64,000 bases of DNA from Callorhinchus milii (lineage: Eukaryota), in assembly GCF_018977255.1 (NCBI RefSeq), contig NW_024704743.1, positions 5,334,001 to 5,398,000 on the forward strand, given 5' to 3'. Each line of letters begins with the position of its first letter. Position 1 is the stretch's first letter. The position numbers and the translations under genes are program-made. Positions 25,401 to 37,400 of the stretch are shown in pieces. Below the pieces are notes generated by a model that had not been told where the DNA came from, searched no databases, and saw only the letters and a list, made by a program, of their open reading frames with translations.

Positions 25401-28400
25401 AATTATTATCCCGGAAGAACGATCCGCCAATTGACTTACAACCGGGTTCCTGCCGGGAATAGAACCTCAATTTAATTGAGGTTGCCGCAAATCATGCCAA
25501 GAATATTTTGCTCTTGGAGCTTCAAAGTCCATGTATCCATTGCAGAGCATATTGCCATCGCAGAAGATATTCAGTTGGCTGCACCTGCACTGTTCCTGGT
25601 TTGTTTCAATTTGAGAAGTAATTTCATTGCTAAAGTTACTAAAACTAAAATTCGGAAAATTCCGAAGTAAAATTCAGATTCTTTTTAATTGACTGTTTAA
25701 ATTTTCAGGTCAAGGATGCTTCTAGCAGTAAACCTGAAGGTAAGAGCAAGCAGCCGTCACTGAGAATTGGTCCCATCTATTGATGAACAAAATTAGATGG
25801 CGAATATCCAATCAATAATTTTGTCACATACATCCTGAAAAATAAAACCTAAATGGGGTAGAGGAGCAAAGGGATCTAGGGGTACACATACACAATTTAC
25901 TAGTAGTAGCAACGCAGGTAAATAAGGCCATAAAAAGCAAACCAGGCATTGGGATTCATTTCTATGGGGATAGAAATGAAATGCAGGGAAGTGATGGTAA
26001 ACTTCTCTAGAACCTTGGTCAGACCACACTTAGAATACTGTGTGCAGTTCTGGTCCCCACATTATAGAAGGGATGTAGAGGCACTGGAGAGGGGGCAAAG
26101 GAGATTCACAAGGAAGATCCCCGATCTGAGAGGTTATATGTATCAGGAAAGGAGGGTAGGGGGTGACCTGATAGAGGTCTTTAAATGAAAGGTTTTGGTA
26201 GAGTAAACATAGGGAAGATGTTTCCACTTGTGGGGGAGACCAAAACCAGGTGCCATCAATATAAAATAGTCACAAATAGATCAAATAGGGAAGTTAGAAG
26301 AAATTTCTTCACACAGAGAGTAGTGGGAATGTGGAACATACTACCCACAAGGAGTTGTTGAGGCAAATAGATTAGATGTATTTAAGGGAAAGCGAGAGAG
26401 GTACATGAGGGAGAAAGGAATAGAAGGTTATGCTTGAAGGCTTAGTTGAGGAAGGGCAGGAGGAGGTTCATGTGGAGCATAAACACCGGCATAGACCAGT
26501 TGGGCCGAATGGCCTGTTTTTGAGCTGTATATTCTAATGTATTCTAATATGCTTAGATTTTCTGAAGTCATTTGATAATTTTTGAAGTTTTTAAACAGTT
26601 TATAGGATCCCTTCATGTGGGAAGGTGTCTCGGAGCGCTGAACAATGGGATTTGGGGTCAACCTGGTTCGAAAGGGGAGGTGACCAAGGGATATTTTTCA
26701 AGTAGGATAGGTTCCTTTGTCTTTAGGTTTGCGATTTTTAAACACAGGTTAAAGTCCAAATCGTTACAAATATAGGATTAGTGGGTTTAACACCTGTTTT
26801 TTGGATCAAGTGAGACTGAAAGTTTGCCAATGAAATTTCCCTCTGCTTCCAATGGAATGCACTCTCCCTTGAAAGACACACACTCCTGAACGAATTCTGA
26901 AGAGTATTAGGTGCAGGTTGGCAAGAGCTAGCGTTGGTTTACTGCTGGAGATGCAGACACTTGTTCAGTTAGGACTGTTATAGCTTTGGATTGCAGATAT
27001 AGCAGGCGCTGAGCGGGAAGTAGGGACTGGTCTGCCCGTCCAAGTCCGGTCAGAGAGCCAGGCTGGCTAGTGTGTCATCAGCGGTGCCTTGGAGTAAGTA
27101 AGCCCACCTGGCTCAGGAACCGGGCGACTGAGACAGTCCCAGAGTAATGTGACTCGATTCTGATATTCCGTTGTCAAGCACGTCACTTTGTTACCAGCTC
27201 AGTTCAAGGCGACCCTGATTATAATGAGGATAGCATCTAAATGTCTTTTTTGTCTCGATAATCTATGGATGGGAATTACATTTCATGGGGGTAAAAAAAA
27301 TGTCTTTAGTAGAATTCTAGATTTCTGACAGACAAAATCAGCTGCTGTTCCAGTCATCCCGGAAATGTAAGTTGTGGTTGGTCTCACAGAGCATGAAAGG
27401 AAGTGAAGTTAGCAGTGCAGAATGCAACAGACTCACAATCGGAACACCCCGCCTCGTGCATAAAGCCGAATGGAGGTTCATGACCACATGGCTGCCGTCA
27501 AGTAAAGGAGTAGTGTACCAACAAGTAATCTACACTGAAAGTTGATCAAGTGCCCAAGAAGCAGAAAAAAACATTTAGTAGGCCTAGGGCTCTGCATAAA
27601 ATCATTGTGATGCTTCTGTTATTATCAGATCTTTCACAGAGTTCTAACATTCCCCTTCCTTCACCCTGTGACCTAATCATAATTATAGGTTTTCATACAA
27701 ATGATTTGCACTGCTCAGTGCTTGTAATACAGTATAATGCACTTTTATGTACAATAATGCCTTTCTTCTCGGCAGGATGTCTCAAAAGAGCTTCACGGGT
27801 TATTCTGTAAAATGAAGTGATTGTGTATTTTGCAGTGTCAGAATGTGTGTCAGAAATAACATTTTTACAGTCAGGAAAGCATAGGAGACATAGAAATTCA
27901 TTACTTTTTATATTTGTAATGTTTTGGTTCATAATTTACAGTAATCTTCCACTTTATCTCACCAATAGTTCCACTGAGCAACGTACAGAACAAAACACTG
28001 GAGGGAAGTGATCCAGTTGAATCATCGCGTGTTTGTATTAAAGTAGATACTGTAAAATTTTCAAGGGGAAACGTCGACTTTTTCATTGAATGTTGTATTG
28101 GCACATCATCTTTCCACATGCGACATACCAATGAAGCTACAACGTTTATTCTGGAATTCACCGATGACACTGGTAAGGTTAAGAAAAATGGTGATTCGGT
28201 TGTCCCAATCATTTGTGAATTGAAGTTTTTTAACAGTCGGAAGCTATGTAGAATGTCAATGGAGCAAGACATCCAAAAATGTCTTTGATGTACCACACAA
28301 AAGACTTCTTTACACGTGTCTCACACAGAGGGTTGTGAAAATGTGGAATGCACTGCTCCAGAAGGCAGCCCACATTCAATCAATTGAGATATTAAAATAT

Positions 28401-31400
28401 ACAGAGTATACAGAGATATTTTCTTACAAACAGCTCAATGGTCCATGTTCTTACTCCACAGGAGTCTCCACTCATTCCTTGTCCCTGCCATTCCACTCTC
28501 CCCTTCCCATCTGTGAAAGATCGAATCGGGGGGGTTTGGGGGGTGGTTTAGCATCTATACTATCTGATTCAACCATCGATTTAGGCACTGAGTACCACAA
28601 TCTCACTAACCTCTGCATAAAGCAGTTCTTCCTAAATTCTCTTATTTCTCTTAGTCGCTATCTTAAAGCTATAAATGCAAGGATTATTATTATTAATTAG
28701 CTGTACCTGTTGCAGCTACACTTGCAACCAAAGGATCCAATATGGAATGTAGATTTCAGTGATACCACTCGCAAACCATTATGCCAAAGACACTGTGTGT
28801 ACACCTTAAGCAAAATTGTGCGATGAGCTGTTTGGGTCATAGCTCATCAACGATAGAAGATTCAAAATGGAGTGATCTCTGCTGCTGGGGGCCATTTTGC
28901 TGTGTTCTTGCATGTCTTTCTGCGTCAAAGTCCCGCCGGGCTGTTCTTTAAGCGAGAAACTCATTTTGTCATGCTTTGTAGTCGTTTACAAAACCGAGGC
29001 CCTCCTGATTGCCGAGCGGGCCTTCAGCCACTCTGCCCCCACCCTCTGGAACTCCATCCCACAGTCCCTCTGCCTCTCCCCCTCCCTTACTTCCTTCAAG
29101 ACCCATCTCAAGATCCTCCTCTTCAACCATGCCTTCAATCACCCTCCTTCCCCCCTGCCCTCCACCCTCCCTGATCCTGACCCCCAGCTGGGGTCCAAAA
29201 CACTGACTGTCCAGTGCCTTGGGATGTCCTCTCGATGTGAAAGGCGCTATATGAATGTAATTTTGTTGTTGTTTACGCATTCAAGTCCAGCCGTGCTGTT
29301 CTTTGAGTGGGCAATTAATTTTGCCATGTTCTTGCATGCCTTTCTGCATGAAAGTCCAACGGTGCTGTTCTTTGTTCTTCAGTTTCATTTAATCGGCCTT
29401 CTCTCTTTTGTCTGACATTTTTATTTGTCCTTGAAAGGGTTGATCTTCACTTCTTAGGCATCTTTATCCCTTAAGATTAAGAAAATGTGCTTTTGGGAGG
29501 ACTCCTATGGGAGGGCTCCTGTTGGGAGGACTCGAGGGAGGCCTCAGTAAGAGGACTTCAGTGGGATGACTCCTTGTTGGGAGGACTCCTGTTGGTAGCA
29601 CTCCTGTGGGAGGACTCCTGTTGGGAAGACTCCTGCTGGGAGGACATCTTGTTGAAGTGCATACATGTATGATGAGCTTGTTTAGGTTATAGCTCATCAA
29701 TGATAGGAGATCCCTGAAAACATATATGTCCATGATATCATCCTTTCCAATGAAGTATAAATCATGTCTCTACGTCAACCGGTTATTGGCGGAAAGACAG
29801 ACATGTAGACAGACATTTGGTCTTTATCAATATAGATGAGTGAGGGATATAGATTTTGGAAGTATTTTAAGGGTATGGAAATTGGATTAAATGATCTGCC
29901 ATTATCTAATAAATTGGTGAAATGGGCTGGAGCCCTCAATTTCCTATGTTCCTACAAAATTGGGGATGTTTTGTGGAGGGTTTCATGCAGCAGGCTGGTA
30001 CCTACTGAGTGATGGTATCGGCTGGGTATATATGGTTTGAGGAAGTAGTAGAGGTAGAGTGGGGCAGTGATTTAAAAGTGAGAATGAGGATCTAGAACTC
30101 TGTTTACTGGGAGGTGAGGAGTCATTGGAGCTGGGTGAGGATAGTGGTAAGAGTCTCATAAAGTAGGGGATTTCAGTCTTGAAGACAGCTACCTCATATG
30201 GTCAAGTCACCAAGCCTGTGCCATTGGTCTGCTACCATGCTTGCCTGTCCTTCCGCTATGATCCATCAATGTGGCACTTGATTCCATTTCTACCTATCCC
30301 AGTACGTTTCATTATGTTTCATCCAATGTTTTTTCTTCCCATTCCTGCTTGGGGAACAGCAGGGCTTGGTTTTTGGTTCAGTCTTATTTCTTACCCAGAA
30401 GCTTCTCCTTTTATGGCATCATTTTCAGATATGGAGTTAGATTCCATGTGTACAAAATAATCATCCTTGCATTTGATCACGTCTTCGAGACACCTCACAG
30501 CACTTCACACAATATACTGTAAAGTGAATTGACTTTATATTTTGTGGGCGAAACGCAGCAGCCAATTGTGCATAGCAGTGTCCCACAAACAGTTGTGGGC
30601 TGAGTGACTAAATTATTATTTAATTTTTTTTAAAGGGATTATTATACCCGGAAAAGTGATCTGCCAATCAATTAACAACCGGGTTCCTATTTACTGCTAG
30701 GTGAACAGGTGTGTGGAGTAAGGAAACTTGCCAATATTTCAACCTGCCCGGGAATTAAACCCAGGTCCTCTCGCTTGCGAGGCAAGTGCTCTAACCACTG
30801 AACTACATGGACGACATTCTGAGGTTCCACTGACTCTCAGTACTCAAAAGGATTGATTTAAAATCTTTGTCAAGATTTAAAATCCCTTTAAATCCCTTCA
30901 CAATCTTGTCCCTCTTTATTCGAGGGACAAATTTAATTCAACTATTGAGTGGTGCAGTGTAAGAGTTTCTTTTCAAATTTAACTTGATTCAAAATATCCG
31001 TTACCTTGTCTTTCATTTGTGATGCATTTTTCATAGTTGCTCGAACTTGCAGTGACAACTGATCCTTGTTCTTCAGAAATATTTTGGCATCTGGGAGCAC
31101 CTTTGACAAATTATAAGTGCTTTAAATACTGTCTTCGTTCTTTTCATTCAGTTTAATAATCTTTTACTCATTTTGCAGGTGCAAAATCATTGGCAGTGAT
31201 CATAAAGTTTGGATAATTTCTATTGCAGGTGGAGTGATAATCTTAACAGCTTTGTCTTTTCTTTTCAGTGATCTTACTCTTTGTTTCCTTTAGATTTGAA
31301 CAAAGCTGTTCAAAATTTAAGCAGGAGTTTGCTGGAAATGAAAGTGACCGCCATCCAACTCCCAAGAACAGCCCAGCTTCGAGTTACTCAACTTCCGAAG

Positions 31401-34400
31401 TCCATAACACAGGATCATCTTGAATTGTACTTTGAACATGAACTCAAAGGTCTCGGCCCAGTGAAGGCTGTTTTAGATGAAGCTACACAATCAGCAATAA
31501 TAGACTTCCCGGATGCAGAAAGTAAGATATCAAAAGTCTTGGTGGTTCTGACGAAGGGTTGTGGACCTGAAACGTTGACTCACTTTCATTTCTCCATAGA
31601 TGCTGCCTGACCTGCTGAGTGTTCCCAGCGACTTCTATTTTTATGTTTTATTGTTTGTTAAACTGGTATTTCTACATTCACCTTATTTCAAATGAATAAA
31701 TTTTGAACATTTCTTTTCCAATACAGCTGTCGAGCGCATCCTGTCGAAGCCCCATTACGTGAGTAAAAATACTTTAAAAATTCATCGTTATTATGAAAGC
31801 CAGAAATTGACCGAGTTTGCAACTGAGTTTGACACTGAAGAGCCTGGACCATCTAACCAGGAGAAGGACTCTGAATCATTGGATCGTGAATCATTGGATC
31901 AAAGGAGCAAAGATGATATTGAAGTTAACAGCAACCTTGTCACAGAAGAATGCATCTTCAAAAACAAATACTATGTTCAGATTTTGAGTCAGCAAAATCT
32001 AGAGGAAAACTTTTCTGCTGTTCAGTTTCATTTTGACATGCCCAACAATGTGGTGCAAATTACAGGGAAGGAAAATGAGGTATTCAAAGTTCAGCTAAAA
32101 CTCTTCAACAAAGGAAACCAATTAGCAATCAACAAGATTCAACTATCAAAATATTTAAGAATGTTTTTGAGCGGTTTGAACAAAGAAGACTTCCTTACAT
32201 CCCTATTTTTAGACTCAAAAATTAATGTAGCATGTTCATGCGATGAGGCTGAAGATGGAGTAGTTATGTATGGTGCTTCAGAATACCATCTACGAAAAGG
32301 TGAAGAAAAGCTCAAGATGACATTTGCGGAAGACAAAACACCAATTCCAGAAGATTTTTGTTTAAACAAGCAAAATGATTTCAGCCGGTTGATAAAGGAA
32401 ACTGCAAGATCTTTGAAAGCAAATCATCACGAATTGAAGAACGTAGAGGAGAATTATCTGTTGAGCCACTTCCTGGAATCAAAAGCTAATTCAGGTGTTC
32501 CCAACTGCTTGATCCTTGTTGGATATAAGATCATTATCAATGAAGCAAAGAAATGCATAGAAAATTACATTTGGGAAAACTCGCCTTGTGAGATTGTTAT
32601 TGATGTTGAATCGCCTGGTGTCTTTGAATATGTGCAACGATTTTTTAATTTGTCAGAGGTGCTCCAGGATGCTAAAATAGAGTTTCTGAAGAACAAGGAT
32701 CAGTTGTCACTGCAAGTTAAAGCAACTATGAAAAATGCGTCACAAATAAAAGACAAGGTGACGGATATTTTGAATCAAGTTAAGTCTGAAAAGAAACTCT
32801 TACGGCAACCTGGTGCTGTTCAGTTTTTCGACAAAAACCGAGACCTGCTGAAGAAGCTGGAAAACCCATACAAATGCATCATCCACATAGCGAGTCAGGG
32901 AGAGAAACAAACAGATGTTACCGTTTCAGAACAATCACAGACCATGTCTACAATTGACTTTCTGAACAAATTTAAAATATCAGTCGTGAAAGGCAATATA
33001 ATCCTCAGTGACGCTGAAACAATTTTGCACCCAACAAACAAGTCTCTGGATTGTACTTCTGGATTGTCAAAAGCACTTGTAGATGCTGCTGGTCATGAAC
33101 TTCAACGAGCCTTAAATAAACGCCAATCTCATGTTCAAGGAGGTGAGGCCTTTATAACGAAAGCAGGAAAATTACCCTGGGAATTTATTGTTCATGTAGT
33201 TGGAACCAAGCCCCTGTCTTTAACAGAAAACCAAGAAGTTCTTAAAGCGGCCATAGTAAAAGCTCTGTGTCTTGTTAATGATAATTTTTCAAAGTCTATT
33301 GCAATTCCTGACTTTCGTCTCGGAGAGTCTGAATCCTCAGCAACAGTTATAGGGAAGGCTATCAAGGAATATTGCCAAGAAGTGAACAAACCATGTCTGA
33401 CTGATATCCGACTTGTATGTGGCGACGACAACTCTGCTAAAGCAATGAGCAAGGCTTTGAAGAAAATGATGGCGCCTGGGTCTAAGACTTCAAAGTTCTC
33501 AAACTTCATGAAATTGTCTTTCATACAAAGCAAGAAGCAAGAAACCAACAAAGAACTCAGCGCATCCAATGAGCAAACTAATGCTGCCGTGACCACAATA
33601 ATACCAGACCCAACAGGCAGCACAGGGATAATTTTTACAACTCAAGAAGGTGTACGAGTTTCTTTAATAAAAGGAAACATTGCAGAACAGAAGGTAAATT
33701 ATGGTGAAAATAATGATATATTTTTAATAAAGATAACTAATTCAAAAAGGCTCAATACAACCATAAATAAATAACAAATACTTTTTGGGGGGTCAGACAC
33801 TTGAGGAAACCCATCACTGTGCTTAAGAGTATCCAAACCAAGCTGAGATTTCCATGAATCCCACCTACATATGCAAATTCTAGAGATAGATTGTTGGAAT
33901 GGAATGTGCGCTCTCTCCTTAATCCTTGCATTTGATATAAATCTTTTAATGCCAGGAAGAAGTCTCAAAGCGCTTCACAGGATTTTACTGTAAAATGCAG
34001 TGACTGTGTATTTGGAGCCAAACATGATAATAGTAATCCTTGCATTTAATATAGTGACTTATCATGTCTTCGAGCCGCCTCAAAACAGAATACACTGTAA
34101 AGTGAATTGATTGTATATTTTGTGGGCGAAACGCGGCAGGCAATTGCGCACAGCAGTGTCCCACAAACAGACATGGATTGAAGTGACCAAATTAGTGGTT
34201 ACTCGATCCAAGTTATTGGTCACGCATGTTAGCCAATTTGCGGATCCCATAAAAAAAATCATGAAGTGATTGACCAATTTTATCTGGAGGGATTGTTGAC
34301 CAGGACCTTGGGAGAAACTGTTCACTCTTTGCTTTCCGAGGAAAGAAAGCCTAATTCCTGACAACCTTTCTTTTACAGGTTGACGCCATTGTGAACACTG

Positions 34401-37400
34401 TGTCACATGATATGAATCTTTCATACGGAGCTGCGTCTAAAGCGATTGTGCTAAAGGCTGGGGATCAGTTACAAGTGAACACAAACAATGCCAAAGGGTC
34501 CACAACATTTAAGTCTGGAGATGTTTTACCCGTCAGCACTGCAGGGTGCAAATTACATTGCCAGACAGTTTACAATACCATTTGTTGCCAGTGGAGCAAA
34601 GCTCAAGATTCTAAACCTGAAAATGTAAGTGTCCTTATTGCGGTTGTGTTTCCTATTCAATATAAGTTTCAATTCCACTGATTTATGAAAATGCTATCTT
34701 CTATAAAGCTGAACTTGAAAAAGCTTCTCGTTGCAACTCCCTTCTTGCTTGAGTAATATTTTTAATTGATCACTTTGGGAAGACGCCCTAAAGGCACTTA
34801 ACCGTAACGGCCGTGAGCTGCTGGTGGGAGCTGAAGTATAATAATGATCCTTGCATTTCAAATAATGCCTTATCATGCGGCTGAAACGTCCTGAAGTGCT
34901 TCACAGGTTTTACTATAAAGTATAGTATCTATGCATTTGTAGGCGAACTCTAACATAACATCATTATGTGTATTCATGTTTTTCACAATAGGTGCTTGAA
35001 ACAATAATCCAAAAATGCCTGGAAAATGCGCATAAAAGTCAATACAAATCAATCAGCTTTCCTGCTATCGGTACGGGAAATCTGTCATTTCCAAAAGATC
35101 TGGTAGCACAAACATTTCTTGAGGAAATAAAGAAATTCAGCAAAGCAAATTCATCCTCTTCACTTAACGAAGTGAATTTGGTCATATATGAGAAGGATCT
35201 GGAATGTTATCAGGTATGCATGTCTGTGTTTTTCTGGTATAAGTAATAGTATTGCTGTTGCATGCAATATATTCATTTTTATTGTTACAATTTAATTTTT
35301 TTTAATAAAGATTGCCTTTATCAGCAATAACATTTAAAGATCAACTATATGAAGTACTTTAAATGGGTAAATTATGTTTACATTTCAATGCTGGTATTTA
35401 TCATATAAAATGCCTTCAAATGTTTGATTCCACTTTAAAAGGAAAACATATAAGATATCTTGAACCTTTGCAGGCGTTTGAAGATGAAATGTTGATAACT
35501 TCAGGAATGCCGGCCAATGAACTGCTCATCGTAAGAGAAGAGAGGAACATCAGAAATGTGCATCCACCAACAGGAACCACAAAAGGTACAAATAAAAACT
35601 TTGATATCAAACTCTACATTGAGTCTTTGATCGAAAACGCTTTCTTCTACCTCTGGAACATTTTCTTCCAATGCCCTTTCTTTATTCTTTATTCACAACC
35701 CAATTGCAATCTTTATCTGTTATCACAGGTAATTGTCAATTGCAGCCATTTTGTTCAGGCCGATCACAGCAGTTGTTTGTGCCAGCAGGGCCCCAGACAG
35801 CAGCAGCAACAACAACAATTTACACTTATTTAGCGCCCTCCACGCCGGGCGGCAGTGGTGGGAATGATTAATCGGTAATTGACCCACTGCTCACAAATGC
35901 ACTGAAAAATCAGCTATTTCACCTCATTATAATGCGATATTGCATTTTATGGTTCCCCAAAACGAGGCCTCACTGTATAATAATGTCCCATTCACCATAT
36001 ATATCTCTGACAATGCAGTGTTACCCCAGTAATACACTGAAGTGCCAGCCTAGACAATGAGCTCAAGTACCGATGTCGGGCTTGATCCCACGATCTTCTA
36101 ACCTACAACAACCAACAAATTACACTTGTATAGGGTCCTTCACATCAGAAAGACATCCCAGGGGGCTGGACAGGCCGGGTTTTTTGGACCCAGGCTGGGA
36201 GTTGGGGTCAGGAAGGTTGGAGGACAGGGCGGTGGGGAGGGTGGCTGAAGGCACAGGTTGAAGAGGAAGGTCTTTAGACGGAACTTGAAGGAGGCAAGAG
36301 AGGGCATGAGGGGGAGGGATTGCGGGATAGAGTTCCAGAATGTGGGGGGTGGGCAGAGATGTTGAATGCCTGACCAGCAATGGTGGGGCGGGAAGTGTGG
36401 AGGAGCTGAAGAAAGCCGGTGTCTGCTGAGCGGAAGGAGCGGACAGAATGATATGGGGTTAGGAGGTCGGAGAGGTAGCAAGACCGTGGAGGGCTTTGAA
36501 GGTGAGAACGAGGGTTTGTACTCGATTCTCTGAGGGATGGGGAGCCAGTGAAACCGGGCAAGAATGGGAGTGATTGGTTCAAACCTAGAGGCAAAACCAG
36601 TAATAACTGAGCCAAATTGACAGCATGTAAATCAGCTATGTATTGTTGGGATATTTTTTTTGTGGGTTTGACATGCTATGATATTTATTGGTTTCATTTC
36701 TGTTGTATATCCAGAGCAGGTTTTCAATTCACCGGTTCCTTCTGTTACCATACCCATTGAGGACATAACTATTGAAGTATCATGCAAAAAGACTAAAACA
36801 ATATATGCAGATGCAGAAGTGGTGCTCAGGAGTGACTCCAAAGGTGAGGTCAACTTTTAATTTACTTAATTGTTTTCTGAATCCATTAATGTTACAGAGG
36901 TATAAGCAATTTCATTTCATTTCTTACAGTGAAAGGAACTGATGACATTAAGATAACAAAGGAAGGATCAACATTTTTGGTTTATTGTCGAATCAAACCT
37001 CAAGCAGACTTGGCAAATATTTTGTTTAAAGCCTTGAGTAAATGTGAAGGCAAATATTTTGGATCCGTGTGTATCCCTGTTCCTCAATACATTCTTTCAG
37101 GCAAGTATTTGTATTCTATGTTTAATAGAGTGCTTTAAGTCATATCATGATCCAGCAACTGTCCTGCCAGCCTTTGGAATTCGCTCCTCCAGCCTTCAAT
37201 CACGCTATCGGCCTTTAAATCCTGCTTAAACACCTATTTCTTCGACATGCCTGCGGTCACCTCTCCTTATAATAATCTTTGCATTTGATCACAACAGCAC
37301 TTTATCATATCTTTAAGACGTCTCAAAGCGCTTCACCAAATATACTGTAAAGTGACTTGATAGTATATTTTGTGGGCGAAACGCAGCAGCCAATCGCGCA

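Noticed and set aside
29487..29672. EDSCW repeat peptide or CRISPR-like periodicity
   Set aside because: 15-bp minisatellite with no unique spacers; eukaryotic context.
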